Shown: piece by piece, positions 33,392 to 42,508 of the stretch
Numbering within the stretch: the first letter of the stretch is position 1
How the letters are laid out: each line of letters opens with the position of its first letter
IMG/VR virus record: IMGVR_UViG_3300004225_000001
Span: 1 to 55,322 of that record
DNA length: 55,322 nucleotides
Direction: 5' to 3' (one strand)
Source of the DNA: a virus
Taxonomy: Duplodnaviria > Caudoviricetes
Translations under genes and position numbers: made by a program
Notes under the pieces: model-generated
What the model saw: the letters and a program-made list of their open reading frames with translations, nothing else
What the model was told of the DNA's origin: nothing
The model's database searches: none

Positions 33392-34720
33392 TCACCGCGC
33401 CATCGGCGATCCACGCCGCCGCGGCACGTCGCGCTTGATTCCTGTACTGCGCATATGGTCCTCGGCGACGACGGCCATCAGGCCGTAGGCGTCTGCTCCG
33501 TGCGACGCCCAGTCGTGGTCCGGGCCCAGGCCAATATCGCGCTCTTCGTCCCACTTCTCGTGGTAGTAGGTCAGCGCGTCGCGCCCGGCCTCGGTCGTGT
33601 CCTCGTTCATCCAGACGGCCGGGAACATGCGGCGCGCAGCGTTGATGCGCGCCAGCGCGGCGCCCTTGCCCTGGTTCGGCACTACGGTGACGCTGTAGCC
33701 AGCGGCTTCCAGGGCCGACTGGTAGCTCACGCTGTACACCTTGTCGTGCGTGGCGCCGTCGTGCGGCAGGTATATCTCGGTTTCCTTGGGCTTGTAGCCG
33801 TGCTCGTCCATCCACTGCAAGTGGTAGCCGATCTCCTGGCCCACGGCCTCGGTGTAGTCGAGCACGCGCACCTCGCGCCCGACGAATTGCGCGCCCCACA
33901 TAGCGAAGGCATCAGCATTCGCACCGGTGCCACCGATGTCCACGAACAGCCGACGCTTCATCAGCGGGTCATACGCCACCCGGCCCAGGCGCCCGTCGGC
34001 CTTGAGCGCCAGCATTTGCTTGACGAAGTACGCGCCCCGGATGGCGGTGGCGTACTCACCTTCCCAGACGTGGCCGTAGCTGTCCGGGTTGTCGCGCAGC
34101 CACTTGAGGCGCTGGCGCTCCAAAATGTCAGGAAAGCACGGGTTGTCCCGCCAGTTAAGCTCCACCACCTTCATGCGCGGGTCTTTGGTCTGCCTGAATC
34201 GCCGGTCGGTGGCGCTCTTTTTGCGCAGCGGGTTCCACGTCACCCATAGTTCGCTGTCCTCCTGGCGCAGCGTCGGGATCACGATGTCCCAGGGGGAATC
34301 GGTGATCGGCTCGGCCTCGTCGGCCCACAGCAGCAGGATCTTGGCCTTGGACTTGAGCGACATGATCGTTCGCTTGTCCATGCCGCTGAATTTGTAGGAA
34401 ATCCGCTTGCTCTTGGTGCGGATGTACTTGTCGCCAAGCTCGAAGTGTGGGCGCAGCCAGGGCTCACTCTCGATGGCCGAGCGCACTTCGGCCAGGCTTG
34501 AGTCGTCAATGGAGTTCAGGCGCTCGCGCCCGCAGACGATCACCCCCTCGCGTCCCGCCTGGTCCCACATGTAGGCCCGAACGGCGGTCATCATGGCAAA
34601 ACTCATGGTCTTCGCACTGCCGCGTCCGCCGTAGGCCCCGCGCACGTCCGCTTCGCCGGTGAATACGTCGATCAGCTTCTCGGGCAGCGCAATCTGCGCG
34701 GTGACAAGCTCGTCACTCAC
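33392..34720 (-). CDS. terL: Terminase large subunit (442 aa)
   Basis: Walker A YGGRGSAKT, Walker B LLWADEAE, coupling motif TWNP, nuclease FVDIG...HDWASHGADA. Confidence 0.93.
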   Translation of the reverse strand: MSDELVTAQIALPEKLIDVFTGEADVRGAYGGRGSAKTMSFAMMTAVRAYMWDQAGREGVIVCGRERLNSIDDSSLAEVRSAIESEPWLRPHFELGDKYIRTKSKRISYKFSGMDKRTIMSLKSKAKILLLWADEAEPITDSPWDIVIPTLRQEDSELWVTWNPLRKKSATDRRFRQTKDPRMKVVELNWRDNPCFPDILERQRLKWLRDNPDSYGHVWEGEYATAIRGAYFVKQMLALKADGRLGRVAYDPLMKRRLFVDIGGTGANADAFAMWGAQFVGREVRVLDYTEAVGQEIGYHLQWMDEHGYKPKETEIYLPHDGATHDKVYSVSYQSALEAAGYSVTVVPNQGKGAALARINAARRMFPAVWMNEDTTEAGRDALTYYHEKWDEERDIGLGPDHDWASHGADAYGLMAVVAEDHMRSTGIKRDVPRRRGSPMAR

Positions 34721-35229
34721 TTGGCGGGTCGCTTTAGTGGCACCAGCTGCACCAGGTGGATGATGGCCGGCTGCTGGTTGTTGTCTTTCTCGAACAGGCC
34801 AAGGTGCTTCATGGCCTTGTCCACGGCGCTGTTCTTGTCCCAGAACTTGTATTCGATGCGCCCGTACTCGTCGATCTTGAAGCTGGCCACGGCGGCGCGC
34901 GTGGCTGGGTCGAGTTCATGCGGCAGCTTCACGCGACCGTCCTCACCCATGATCCCGGCAATGTCCGATTGCGCCATGCGCTTGAGTTCCAGCAGGATCT
35001 CGGCGCCCACCAGGCCTGCTTTTTCAGCTGCAACTGTCTGAATTTCAGACACCCTCCGGTGAACGTCCTTATGTGACGCCAGCAGACTGGCCTGGGTCAT
35101 CACCGCCTTGGGCGTCCATTTCTGGCTGACAGGATAGGCCTGCCGGTACGCCTCTGCTTGTGACAGACCAGAGCCAACCAGCTGCGCGAAGCGGTCTTGC
35201 TTTGGTGTCAGGCCGTGCTCGTTTCTCAT
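34717..35229 (-). CDS. terS: Terminase small subunit (170 aa)
   Basis: LTPKQDRFAQ...SQAEAYRQAY HTH; K.WDK..A......KHLGLF; overlaps the terL start. Confidence 0.88.
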   Translation of the reverse strand: MRNEHGLTPKQDRFAQLVGSGLSQAEAYRQAYPVSQKWTPKAVMTQASLLASHKDVHRRVSEIQTVAAEKAGLVGAEILLELKRMAQSDIAGIMGEDGRVKLPHELDPATRAAVASFKIDEYGRIEYKFWDKNSAVDKAMKHLGLFEKDNNQQPAIIHLVQLVPLKRPAK

Positions 35230-35747
35230 TCTTTGAACCCAGTCAGGATGGTTTCGAGCATGGCGATGCGGTCGCACATGCTCAGGTGTGGCCACAGCGT
35301 CTTGCCAGCGTGCTCGGTGCGCAGGAATTCCACGGTGTCGCCATGAAACTTCTCCATGGCGCCCTGCTCCAGCTCGCTGTAGCGGATGGTCTTGGGCACA
35401 GGGAACACGCCGCCCTTGGGCCCGGGATACCAGTCGCAGTGTCCAGCGCCCACCTTCAGCCAATCGCGGAACCCCTTGAAGTTCTCGAAACGCTCCTGGC
35501 TCTCGAACAACGCCTGTTCCAGCGCCATATGCTTTCGGTGGAACCAGCCCAGGCGCTGCTGCAGCGTGCTGACCTCGATCATTTCTCCGGGCTCCAGCGC
35601 CATGATTCGACGCCACAGCCTGCGCCACTGGCGGCGCCCACGTTCGCCAAGGCCATCCACGATGCCGAAGATCACGCGGCGCGCAACCGCGGCATCCTGC
35701 TCAGGGATGGCCTCTGCGTCTTGACGGACGAGGGTGATGTCAGGCAT
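35226..35747 (-). CDS. DUF1367-like protein (173 aa)
   Basis: R...FHRK..AL...LFE.Q...F..FRDWLKVGAGH...PK.I.Y..L....F. Confidence 0.7.
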   Translation of the reverse strand: MPDITLVRQDAEAIPEQDAAVARRVIFGIVDGLGERGRRQWRRLWRRIMALEPGEMIEVSTLQQRLGWFHRKHMALEQALFESQERFENFKGFRDWLKVGAGHCDWYPGPKGGVFPVPKTIRYSELEQGAMEKFHGDTVEFLRTEHAGKTLWPHLSMCDRIAMLETILTGFKE

Positions 35748-36108
35748 CGCCACCCGATTCATGCCCCATGAGCTTGAAAAGCGCGTCCATCAGCATGCGC
35801 TGCACCTTGGCGTGGCGATTCAACATCACCTGTTGGCCGGGGAGCCAGCCAGGCTCGATGGCCAAGGCGTTGGTCTCGTCGTCCACCAGCGCCAGCCAAC
35901 CCTCGGCGTCCCGGTAGCGCAGCGGAACAAACTCAAGGCCCACAGTGCGCAGCCGAACCGGCAAGTCGCGGGCCTTTTGGTCAAACGCAATCGGGTCCAT
36001 GACAGCCAGCACCAGGCGCCCGCGTTTTTGTGCAAAGCGAATCGCATCAATTGGAATGTCAACGACTGTGATCGGCTCCAACTCACGGGTGTAGAGGACG
36101 ACGTTCAT
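35740..36108 (-). CDS. Hypothetical protein (122 aa)
   Basis: Overlap-coupled to both neighbours. Confidence 0.7.
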   Translation of the reverse strand: MNVVLYTRELEPITVVDIPIDAIRFAQKRGRLVLAVMDPIAFDQKARDLPVRLRTVGLEFVPLRYRDAEGWLALVDDETNALAIEPGWLPGQQVMLNRHAKVQRMLMDALFKLMGHESGGDA

Positions 36109-36434
36109 TCAATTGCCCCCGCTTTCCTGAGCGCACCCATGGCCATGGCGCGCATGTCGGCCAGGTGGCGCTCAGTGGCGGCCATGGCGCCGGCAGATCC
36201 AGCGCCTTCAGCTGGCCGCAGGCCGGCAGACCAGAGCGCGTCCATCAACTCCTGCGCCTCGGATGTTCGCACCGTAAGCGCGGGATCAGGCCTAAAGCCT
36301 TCCTCGACCTTTTGAAACACGATAAGGGCCACGGAGTCGCGTCCCGCGCCCGTCCCGTCTTCCCTGATGTAGATCGCCACCTTGTCGCCGAAGTCGCGCT
36401 GTTCAGCGAAAAATCTCACTTTTCCTTGGGTCAT
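36105..36434 (-). CDS. Hypothetical protein (109 aa)
   Basis: ATGA overlaps; AQELMDALW.AGLRP...HL.DMR motif. Confidence 0.75.
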   Translation of the reverse strand: MTQGKVRFFAEQRDFGDKVAIYIREDGTGAGRDSVALIVFQKVEEGFRPDPALTVRTSEAQELMDALWSAGLRPAEGAGSAGAMAATERHLADMRAMAMGALRKAGAIE

Positions 36435-36880
36435 GACCTGATCTCCTTCACTTCAATACCAAACACATGCAACATCAATTTGCGCTTGAGCCTAAATTCC
36501 GGTGTGACGCAGCCTTTTACATCCTCAACAATTCGCGCCCCAGCGCTTGTCACATAAGCGAAGTCAGCTATATAAACTGTAGCGCGTTCTTTCTTCCCGC
36601 TCGGCGCCACTTGCGGCGGGATCAGCTCGAACGGCACTTGCAATTTCAGGTCCGATATCTCCCGCGCCTTCTGCAGCATCACCAGGTACTGCCAGCGCTT
36701 GTGTTCGGCCTTGCTGTCGAACTTGATCCCGCCGTCCACCACCTTGGTATTGCCGTACTTCTGACCGCGCTTAGTGCGCTCGGCCGGGGCATCGCGCATC
36801 TCTCGCGGCGTGCGGGCGCCAGCCACGCGAGCCTGCAGATTCGTCAGCTCGGACTGGGTCAAGCGCAGCGCGGTGCTCAT
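36431..36880 (-). CDS. DUF1064-family PD-(D/E)xK nuclease (149 aa)
   Basis: KYGN.K..DGGIKFDSKAE..R...L.LQVPFEL...YIADF.Y...VEDVKG. Confidence 0.85.
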   Translation of the reverse strand: MSTALRLTQSELTNLQARVAGARTPREMRDAPAERTKRGQKYGNTKVVDGGIKFDSKAEHKRWQYLVMLQKAREISDLKLQVPFELIPPQVAPSGKKERATVYIADFAYVTSAGARIVEDVKGCVTPEFRLKRKLMLHVFGIEVKEIRS

Positions 36881-37080
36881 GCGGCCTCCATGAACAGGTC
36901 GAGCGTCTGCGGATCTGGACGACGCGCGCGGCGCAGGCCGGCGGTGATGCGCGAGCCGCTGCGCCCCTTTAGCTTGAGCAGCCCGAAGCGCCGGGCGCAG
37001 GTAGGCCCGACAGGCTCAGCGCCCAGCATCACGGCAGGAAACAGCGTCACGCGCCCACAGATAGCGCAGCGGATTTTCAT
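36877..37080 (-). CDS. Small zinc-ribbon protein (67 aa)
   Basis: CAICGR...GPTCAR; ATGA overlaps. Confidence 0.7.
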   Translation of the reverse strand: MKIRCAICGRVTLFPAVMLGAEPVGPTCARRFGLLKLKGRSGSRITAGLRRARRPDPQTLDLFMEAA

Positions 37081-37370
37081 TTGCGGCCCCGCTTTGGCTT
37101 TTGCGTGGGAGCTGGCGCGGCGGTCACGGGCTGCAGCGCCCGTTCGGGCAGCTTGGCCAGGCGGCGCACCTCGGACTCGTCCAACCCCCACGACTGCACA
37201 TCCTCGATCACGGCCTGGCAGCGGCGGCGCTTGGTGTCCTGGTCCAGCCGCAGCACGCGCTGGATGTACTGGATGCGCCGTGCCTGGCACCAGGTGCACC
37301 GATCGGCGAAATAATTGAAGTCCTCGGACTGGCGAGGGTCATTGCAGCAGCTGCAGGGGACTTGTGTCAT
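37077..37370 (-). CDS. Cys-rich hypothetical protein (97 aa)
   Basis: CSCC...CTWC; ATGA overlaps. Confidence 0.7.
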   Translation of the reverse strand: MTQVPCSCCNDPRQSEDFNYFADRCTWCQARRIQYIQRVLRLDQDTKRRRCQAVIEDVQSWGLDESEVRRLAKLPERALQPVTAAPAPTQKPKRGRK

Positions 37371-37903
37371 GCCGCCCTCTGCCCCAGGCCAGCGAACGGG
37401 CTGCAATAGTCGCGCCAGAGCAGATGCGCTCGCACCTTGTGCACCAATGACGGCGCCAATTTCAGGCGTCGGCCGATTTGCGTCAGCGTTTCGCTGCTGG
37501 TCCTAATCTCTTGCACCAGGTCTTCGCTCAGAACGGCGGTGGCCTTCGCGCGCTTCGATTGTGCAATTCGCGCCCGCTCAGCGAGCGTCCGAACGCGCCC
37601 GCGCAGAGCAGCGCTGCGGGTTCGGCAGACCAGGTGATCTGGGTGCACGCATCCAGCGCAGCCGCAGGACACGTTGACTTGGTACTTCGGCGCAATGGGC
37701 CCGCGCGTCAGCTCCCACAGAAGGCGGCGCACGGACCACACTTTCCCGGCCACGTTCCACTCGGGGCCACATACCGAGCTGCTGCGGTCCCAGACCAAAC
37801 ACCCGCCGTCGTCGTGGCAGCGCGCCAGCAACTGCTCCAGCGCGATGTCTTCGATGCGGTGGGCAACGCGGGGGGCCCGGCGCTTTTTGGGCTCTACTGC
37901 CAT
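37367..37903 (-). CDS. Degenerate HNH-type domain plus C-terminal HTH (178 aa)
   Basis: GCLVW...RRLLWEL..GPI...SCG...CVHPDHL, then LSEDLVQEIR...QIGRRL; the catalytic His appears replaced. Confidence 0.65.
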   Translation of the reverse strand: MAVEPKKRRAPRVAHRIEDIALEQLLARCHDDGGCLVWDRSSSVCGPEWNVAGKVWSVRRLLWELTRGPIAPKYQVNVSCGCAGCVHPDHLVCRTRSAALRGRVRTLAERARIAQSKRAKATAVLSEDLVQEIRTSSETLTQIGRRLKLAPSLVHKVRAHLLWRDYCSPFAGLGQRAA

Positions 37904-38436
37904 GACTGCTTTCCCTCCATGCCGAGCGCAACCTTGGCAGACCAGAGCGTGTACGCCTTGATGGCATCCCCTGCTTCGGCCCGCGCCAGGATGCGGCGCG
38001 CCCAGTCCTTGCCATCGTTTCTTGGCTCAATCGACACGCTCACGGGAGCAATAACAGGCGCCGGCAGCTGCGGCAAGCCGTGTTCTTGTGCGAACGTCTG
38101 GCGCGGCGCGGCGGCATCGCACAGGCGCTCGAACTCGGGTAGGTTCGGCGGGAACTGCGGGTGCGCTTGCGACAGCCGGCCGGCTGCTGTTTCGAGCACG
38201 TCATCAGGGAACTTGCGCAAGGCGGCATCCCAAATTTTCATGGCGGCGCGCACCCCTTTGTCTTTGCCCTGGGCGTCTTTCTCGCCCGTCGAGAACTTCG
38301 ACAAAAACAAGTTTCCATAGGCGCCGTGCATCAGGATGAACAGCTTGCGAATCACGGTGCTGGTTTGCTCTGTCGGCTGCGGCGATTGCGCAGCCTCGCG
38401 CACCGCGTTGTCGGCGAGTGTGGCGACGTCGGTCAT
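37894..38436 (-). CDS. Replication protein, lambda P-like helicase loader candidate (180 aa)
   Basis: Follows the initiator gene; LF..M...YG..F...W...L...FPPNLPEF..LC. Confidence 0.6.
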   Translation of the reverse strand: MTDVATLADNAVREAAQSPQPTEQTSTVIRKLFILMHGAYGNLFLSKFSTGEKDAQGKDKGVRAAMKIWDAALRKFPDDVLETAAGRLSQAHPQFPPNLPEFERLCDAAAPRQTFAQEHGLPQLPAPVIAPVSVSIEPRNDGKDWARRILARAEAGDAIKAYTLWSAKVALGMEGKQSWQ

Positions 38437-39242
38437 TCAAAAACTCCCTCGTAAATAGCGGCCGAAGCTGCGGCGAACTTGTGCGGAACGTCGCGACTTG
38501 CGGGGCTGTTTTGCGCCCTCACTTCCGGCGTCCAGTCGTTGAGAAAATGGCGGTCAGGACCGAAGAACGTCGCCGCGTGTTTCACAAACCGTGCTTCGGT
38601 GTGGTTGGCTTCGCAGTACGCGGCATAGCGAGCAGTGCCGGCCTGCATCTGCTCTGGCGTGGTTCCGTCCTGAATTCGTGCTTTCCACGCCTTGAACGCC
38701 TCGGATTTCGATTGCCCGGTGCGCCTCGGGTAGCTGTCCCATGCCGCCTGAAATTCGGGGCTGTAGCCGTCGTCACTTTTTCCGCAAAAACTACGTGACT
38801 GTTCTGAACGTAGTGAAGAACAGTTATCTGAGCTATGAGAAGCTTTCGAGTTGGGTTCTTTCTGGGTTGAATCTGGGTTACCCATCGAAAACCCACTGGG
38901 TTCTTTCTGGGTTTCCTTTTTAGGGCGACCCCCCTTCTTCCCATTCAACCTAGCGGCTTCGATCGCTGGAGCCGCTTCGGTTATTTCTTCGTCGGCTCTT
39001 TGGTTCCTGCGCAGGCCATCAGAACTCAGCGGGAAGAACTTCTCAGCCACAGCGCGCACAGCTTCTTGCTCTGGCTTAGACATGGCGCGACAGATGCGGT
39101 AGAGCTCGTCAAATGCGCCGGGGAGTGGATCCTCGGTCGAATAGACCTCATCCAGCAGCAGCGTGTACGCGCCGTGCTGCGCCAGCGTCAGGCGGGCCGT
39201 CTTGCGGCCATAGTCGGCGGGGTAGCGCTTGTAGAAGTTCAA
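38433..39242 (-). CDS. Replication initiator, YdaU/DUF1376 family (269 aa)
   Basis: FYKRYPADY...T..LT...HGAY.LLLD..Y; NGKKGGRP; FQAAWDSYPRR...K.EAFKAW; TTG start with GGAG RBS. Confidence 0.85.
   Translation of the reverse strand: MNFYKRYPADYGRKTARLTLAQHGAYTLLLDEVYSTEDPLPGAFDELYRICRAMSKPEQEAVRAVAEKFFPLSSDGLRRNQRADEEITEAAPAIEAARLNGKKGGRPKKETQKEPSGFSMGNPDSTQKEPNSKASHSSDNCSSLRSEQSRSFCGKSDDGYSPEFQAAWDSYPRRTGQSKSEAFKAWKARIQDGTTPEQMQAGTARYAAYCEANHTEARFVKHAATFFGPDRHFLNDWTPEVRAQNSPASRDVPHKFAAASAAIYEGVFE
38852..38913. repeat. Iteron array, probable replication origin
   Basis: 17-bp TGGGTTCTTTCTGGGTT at 38852 and 38897; TGGGTT units at 38852, 38863, 38874, 38897, 38908; adjacent AT-richer stretch; inside the initiator gene as in lambda O. 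Confidence 0.75.
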
Positions 39243-39273
39243 GCCGCTACTCCAAAAGACTTGCAGCGCTCAC

Positions 39274-39513
39274 TCATTTCGTCCCCGCCTTGCTGATAGC
39301 CCGGCGCCGGCCCACACTGGCCTGGGCCTGAGCGCGAGACTCGATGACGATCTGGCCGGCAGTGCTCGGCTCCAGGTCAATGGTCCTGCGGCCCCTGGAG
39401 TCCATCGCCTTACTGACCACCGTCAGCGCAGCGCCTGGCTTCTGCCGCTTGGGCAGCTTGACTGGGGTGTTGCGGTCAGGGCCGCGCGGGCGGACCGAGA
39501 GAAATGCGTTCAT
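39274..39513 (-). CDS. Small basic protein (79 aa)
   Basis: In operon order, start adjoining the upstream stop. Confidence 0.6.
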   Translation of the reverse strand: MNAFLSVRPRGPDRNTPVKLPKRQKPGAALTVVSKAMDSRGRRTIDLEPSTAGQIVIESRAQAQASVGRRRAISKAGTK

Positions 39514-39827
39514 TCAGGGCTCCTGCAACGCGCCAGCCGGTACCGCAGATACCGAGGATTGCGTGGGTCGGGCGCCGTCTCGATCAGTTCCAGGCGGCGC
39601 AGGAAATAAAGCCCCCAGGACACGGCAGAGTGCGTGTGCTGGGTGGCGCAGATCAAATCCAGGCTGGTGAAATACCGGCCTGGCTGCTTTTTTACGTGCT
39701 CCAGGATGTCGCTGGCCGCGCCGCGCTGCATCACGCCGAACGGGCGCGGGTTGAACCGCGGGGGCCGGGGCTCCTGCGACTCGCTCGCTTGCACAATCTG
39801 CTGCGCGAGCCAGGCCATGCCGCTCAT
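39510..39827 (-). CDS. Winged-helix-like DNA-binding protein (105 aa)
   Basis: ILEHVK......T..DL...T......VSWGL.FLRRLELIE pattern; ATGA overlap. Confidence 0.6.
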   Translation of the reverse strand: MSGMAWLAQQIVQASESQEPRPPRFNPRPFGVMQRGAASDILEHVKKQPGRYFTSLDLICATQHTHSAVSWGLYFLRRLELIETAPDPRNPRYLRYRLARCRSPE

Positions 39828-40201
39828 TCACGGCGCCCCTTCCGAAAATCGTCCGATGGACTCTGGCAGGCGCCCTGCGCCATGATGCGAAGCATGCCAA
39901 GCTGCTCCTTCAGTGCCTGCTCCAAGACGCCGACGAGGCAGTCTCCGCGTCCGGTTTCGCGCAGCGCGCAGAGCACATCGAGCGCGCGGGACGCCTCTGG
40001 AGACAGCGGCAGCCAGCAGCCGTCGACCAGGGCCTGCTGCAGCACGTCGCGAACGAACTCGGCTTTGGGGATGCCGCGCTGCGCAGCAGCTACGACGGTC
40101 AGGTCGTGCAAGTCCTCAGACACTGGAATGTCCAGGCGCTGGTGTAATTTGCCGTCCGGGAAAGTGCGGCCGGACCGGCTGAGCATGGTGGGCGGTGGCA
40201 T
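39824..40201 (-). CDS. Ribbon-helix-helix regulator in the cII position (125 aa)
   Basis: RLDIPVSEDLHDL....AAQRGIPKAEFVRDVL followed by a second degenerate RHH-like unit. Confidence 0.65.
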   Translation of the reverse strand: MPPPTMLSRSGRTFPDGKLHQRLDIPVSEDLHDLTVVAAAQRGIPKAEFVRDVLQQALVDGCWLPLSPEASRALDVLCALRETGRGDCLVGVLEQALKEQLGMLRIMAQGACQSPSDDFRKGRRE

Positions 40202-40737
40202 CAGGCAGTGGCGAGTTCAGGCCATATCAAATGCCAGTCATCGGGGCGCAGATCGCGGCGGGTTACTGCGCCATCAGTGGCGCGTTCGATGGAGACTGCG
40301 TTGATGTACCCAACCCCACGCGATCCATGAGCCATCTGATTGACAAAGGAGGGAACAACACCAATGGCCCGCGCCAAAACAGCTTGTCCGCCAACAATGG
40401 CGCACGCCCGTTCTACTTGCCCAGCCGCACCTTCACGCTCGGTTTCTGGGGTAGCTTGCTCTGCCTCAATGCGCGCCCACTCGCAAACAGCCTCAAAATC
40501 CAATCCAGAGAACCATTCGTTCTTGTGCTTTTGATCGCATGCGTCAATGCACCGCTGTATCAACCTCGCCTCGGCAGAGCATTGATATTCAGTGGCGAAT
40601 ATGGCCCGATCAACGAGTTCGATGCCCACGCATGCCACGCGATCCGCATGGGATGCAATGCGGGAGTCTGGAGCGATGCTTCGGCCAACTTTTATGTGTC
40701 CGTTGCTGAACAGGCAGGCGTAGAGGAAGCCCTTCAT
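40201..40737 (-). CDS. GIY-YIG (T5orf172-like) domain fused to a YdaS/Cro-like HTH (178 aa)
   Basis: GFLY......HIKVGRS....R....AE..L......KNEWF, then GGQAVLARAIGV....V.Q...IERATDGAVTRRDLRPDDW.LIWPEL; GGAGG RBS. Confidence 0.8.
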   Translation of the reverse strand: MKGFLYACLFSNGHIKVGRSIAPDSRIASHADRVACVGIELVDRAIFATEYQCSAEARLIQRCIDACDQKHKNEWFSGLDFEAVCEWARIEAEQATPETEREGAAGQVERACAIVGGQAVLARAIGVVPSFVNQMAHGSRGVGYINAVSIERATDGAVTRRDLRPDDWHLIWPELATA

Positions 40738-40994
40738 TGCGCCTCCTGCGCTTCCCCGCGCATAGGGGCGGTGGCGGCCTCCTCGGTGGGCTCGAAACGC
40801 GTAGCGGCCGTTGCGGCCTCCAGATCGACGCCGTCCAGGGCGCCGGGGTGCGCCACCTTCAGGTACATCATTCGCGCCTTTGGGATGCCGCTTTTCTTCC
40901 ATTCGCTGACGGACGGCATGCGGACATCAAAGAGCCGGGCGACCTCTGCCGTGTCACCAAGCGCCTCGATGATCTTTGTTGCGTGTGTGTTCAT
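40734..40994 (-). CDS. cro: Cro-like repressor (86 aa)
   Basis: IIEALGDTAEVARLFDVRMPSVSEWKKSGIP HTH; divergent from cI. Confidence 0.85.
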   Translation of the reverse strand: MNTHATKIIEALGDTAEVARLFDVRMPSVSEWKKSGIPKARMMYLKVAHPGALDGVDLEAATAATRFEPTEEAATAPMRGEAQEAQ

Positions 40995-41000
40995 GCCTTG

Positions 41001-41029
41001 ATTATTAGGAGTCGCTAATCGCTTGTCAA
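41001..41029 (-). promoter_or_regulatory. PR-like early promoter
   Basis: Minus strand TTGACA-17 bp-AATAAT, 6 nt before the cro ATG. Confidence 0.8.
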
Positions 41030-41068
41030 TAGCCTCTCCAAATAAAGTTACTGTTAGCCTTGCCTTAT
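41004..41068. promoter_or_regulatory. OR-like operator triplet (41004-41019, 41028-41043, 41053-41068)
   Basis: ATTAGGAGTCGCTAAT, whose reverse complement matches 42610-42625 at 15/16, plus two weaker copies spaced 24-25 bp apart. Confidence 0.75.
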
Positions 41069-41765
41069 GCCTCTATCTGAACGTCTTGTTACCGCTATGG
41101 CGCAGGCTGGGATGTCTCAGGCAGAACTTGCGCGTGCATGCAACGTAAAACCCCCGAGCGTGCATGGGTGGCTTAGCGGGAAAGCAAAATTCCTGCGGGG
41201 AGAAAACTTGCTTCTCGCATCAGCAGCACTGGGCGTTAGTCAGCAGTGGCTAGCCACAGGCGATGGGCCAATGATTCCGAAACCTCAGTTGGGGGCGTCC
41301 GTGCCGACTCTCGCCCCATCCCCCTCGCCTGGCGAGCCAGCAATCCACGTTCCCCTTCTCGCAAACGCCGGCAGCATGGGCGGCGGCATTGACGCGCTGC
41401 ACGAAGACGTGATGCTGGGCGCGCTCACTCTGTCCGAGAATTGGGTCAGCAAGATCGTGCGGCCCTCGCGCCAGGGCGCGCTTCGCTTCATCCATGGCTT
41501 CGGTGACAGCATGTCGCCCACCTTTGAGGATGGTGATGTATTGCTGGTCGATACCGGCGTGCGTGACCCGCAATCCATCGACGGCGTGTATGTGCTCTCA
41601 GCCAACAACCGGCTCTACATCAAGCGCGTGCGCTGCCGGATGGACGGCGCCATGGAGGTCAGCAGCGACAACGCCACAGTCAAGACCGTGGACGTGCTCA
41701 ATGGGGACAGCGCCCTGGACGTGCTCGGGCGCGTCGTCTGGTGCTGGAATGGGAAGAAGCTCTGA
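41067..41765 (+). CDS. cI: CI-like repressor (HTH plus S24 autopeptidase, 232 aa)
   Basis: MSQAELARAC.V....V..W..G HTH; GDSMSP (catalytic Ser) and YIKR (catalytic Lys). Confidence 0.93.
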   Translation: MPLSERLVTAMAQAGMSQAELARACNVKPPSVHGWLSGKAKFLRGENLLLASAALGVSQQWLATGDGPMIPKPQLGASVPTLAPSPSPGEPAIHVPLLANAGSMGGGIDALHEDVMLGALTLSENWVSKIVRPSRQGALRFIHGFGDSMSPTFEDGDVLLVDTGVRDPQSIDGVYVLSANNRLYIKRVRCRMDGAMEVSSDNATVKTVDVLNGDSALDVLGRVVWCWNGKKL

Positions 41766-41774
41766 TCGCAGACC

Positions 41775-42044
41775 ATGGAACTATTTAGCGCTTTCGTCGG
41801 ATTCATTGGTGGCTTATTCCTCGGCGGCCTTGCCGGTCTATTCGCCCTGCCTGTGGTGGGCACCATCTCCGAGGCTGTAAATAGTCGGAGCACGGAAAGC
41901 ATCGGCGTCGCCATTTTCGTTTTTGCCCTGTTCGGCACGGCCCTCGGCTACGCCCTTTGGGTGCTGCTACTCAGTGCCCCAGTGGCGGCAGGAGGACTTG
42001 TCGCGTTTTTCTACATGGGCAAAGCATTGTTCACAAAGAGCTAA
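41775..42044 (+). CDS. Small polytopic membrane protein downstream of cI (89 aa)
   Basis: Three hydrophobic segments; starts 9 nt after the cI stop. Confidence 0.7.
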   Translation: MELFSAFVGFIGGLFLGGLAGLFALPVVGTISEAVNSRSTESIGVAIFVFALFGTALGYALWVLLLSAPVAAGGLVAFFYMGKALFTKS

Positions 42045-42112
42045 GACGCACTTCGCTTTTCTAATTGCCAGACAGGCGGCCTGGCCATTTGCCGCCATAC
42101 CGAAGGGGACCC

Positions 42113-42235
42113 ATGAAAACCATCATCGCCATCGCCATTGTTTTGGCAGCAGGCTTCGCCCAGGCGCACTCGGGCGGAACCGATAGCCAGGGCTGCCACG
42201 TGGACCACAAGACCGGCATTCGCCACTGCCACTGA
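42113..42235 (+). CDS. Secreted His/Cys peptide, YHYH-like (40 aa; absent from the ORF track)
   Basis: AAGGGG RBS; MKTIIAIAIVLAAGFAQA/HSGGTDSQGCHVDHKTGIRHCH. Confidence 0.8.
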   Translation: MKTIIAIAIVLAAGFAQAHSGGTDSQGCHVDHKTGIRHCH

Positions 42236-42246
42236 GCGACGCCGCC

Positions 42247-42465
42247 ATGCGCAAAACCACCGGACTCGTCGCCACAGCCGTTGCCCTGGCCATATCGGCG
42301 CCCGTGTTTGCCAAAGGCAGCCACGCGGTTCGTGGCCACGTCACCAAGAAAGGCAGCTACGTGCAACCGCACCGCGCGACCAATCGCGACAGCACCAAGG
42401 CCAACAATTACAGCCACAAAGGGAACGTGAACCCCTACACCGGCAAAAAAGGCACTAAGGACTGA
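42247..42465 (+). CDS. Small secreted basic protein (72 aa)
   Basis: Signal peptide ending VFA; VRGH..K.G.YVQPH..T......NNYS.KGNVNPYTGK.G. Confidence 0.8.
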   Translation: MRKTTGLVATAVALAISAPVFAKGSHAVRGHVTKKGSYVQPHRATNRDSTKANNYSHKGNVNPYTGKKGTKD

Positions 42466-42508
42466 GCGAAGCGGCGACCTAGCCGCTGACATCTTTCCCC
42501 GCACCACC

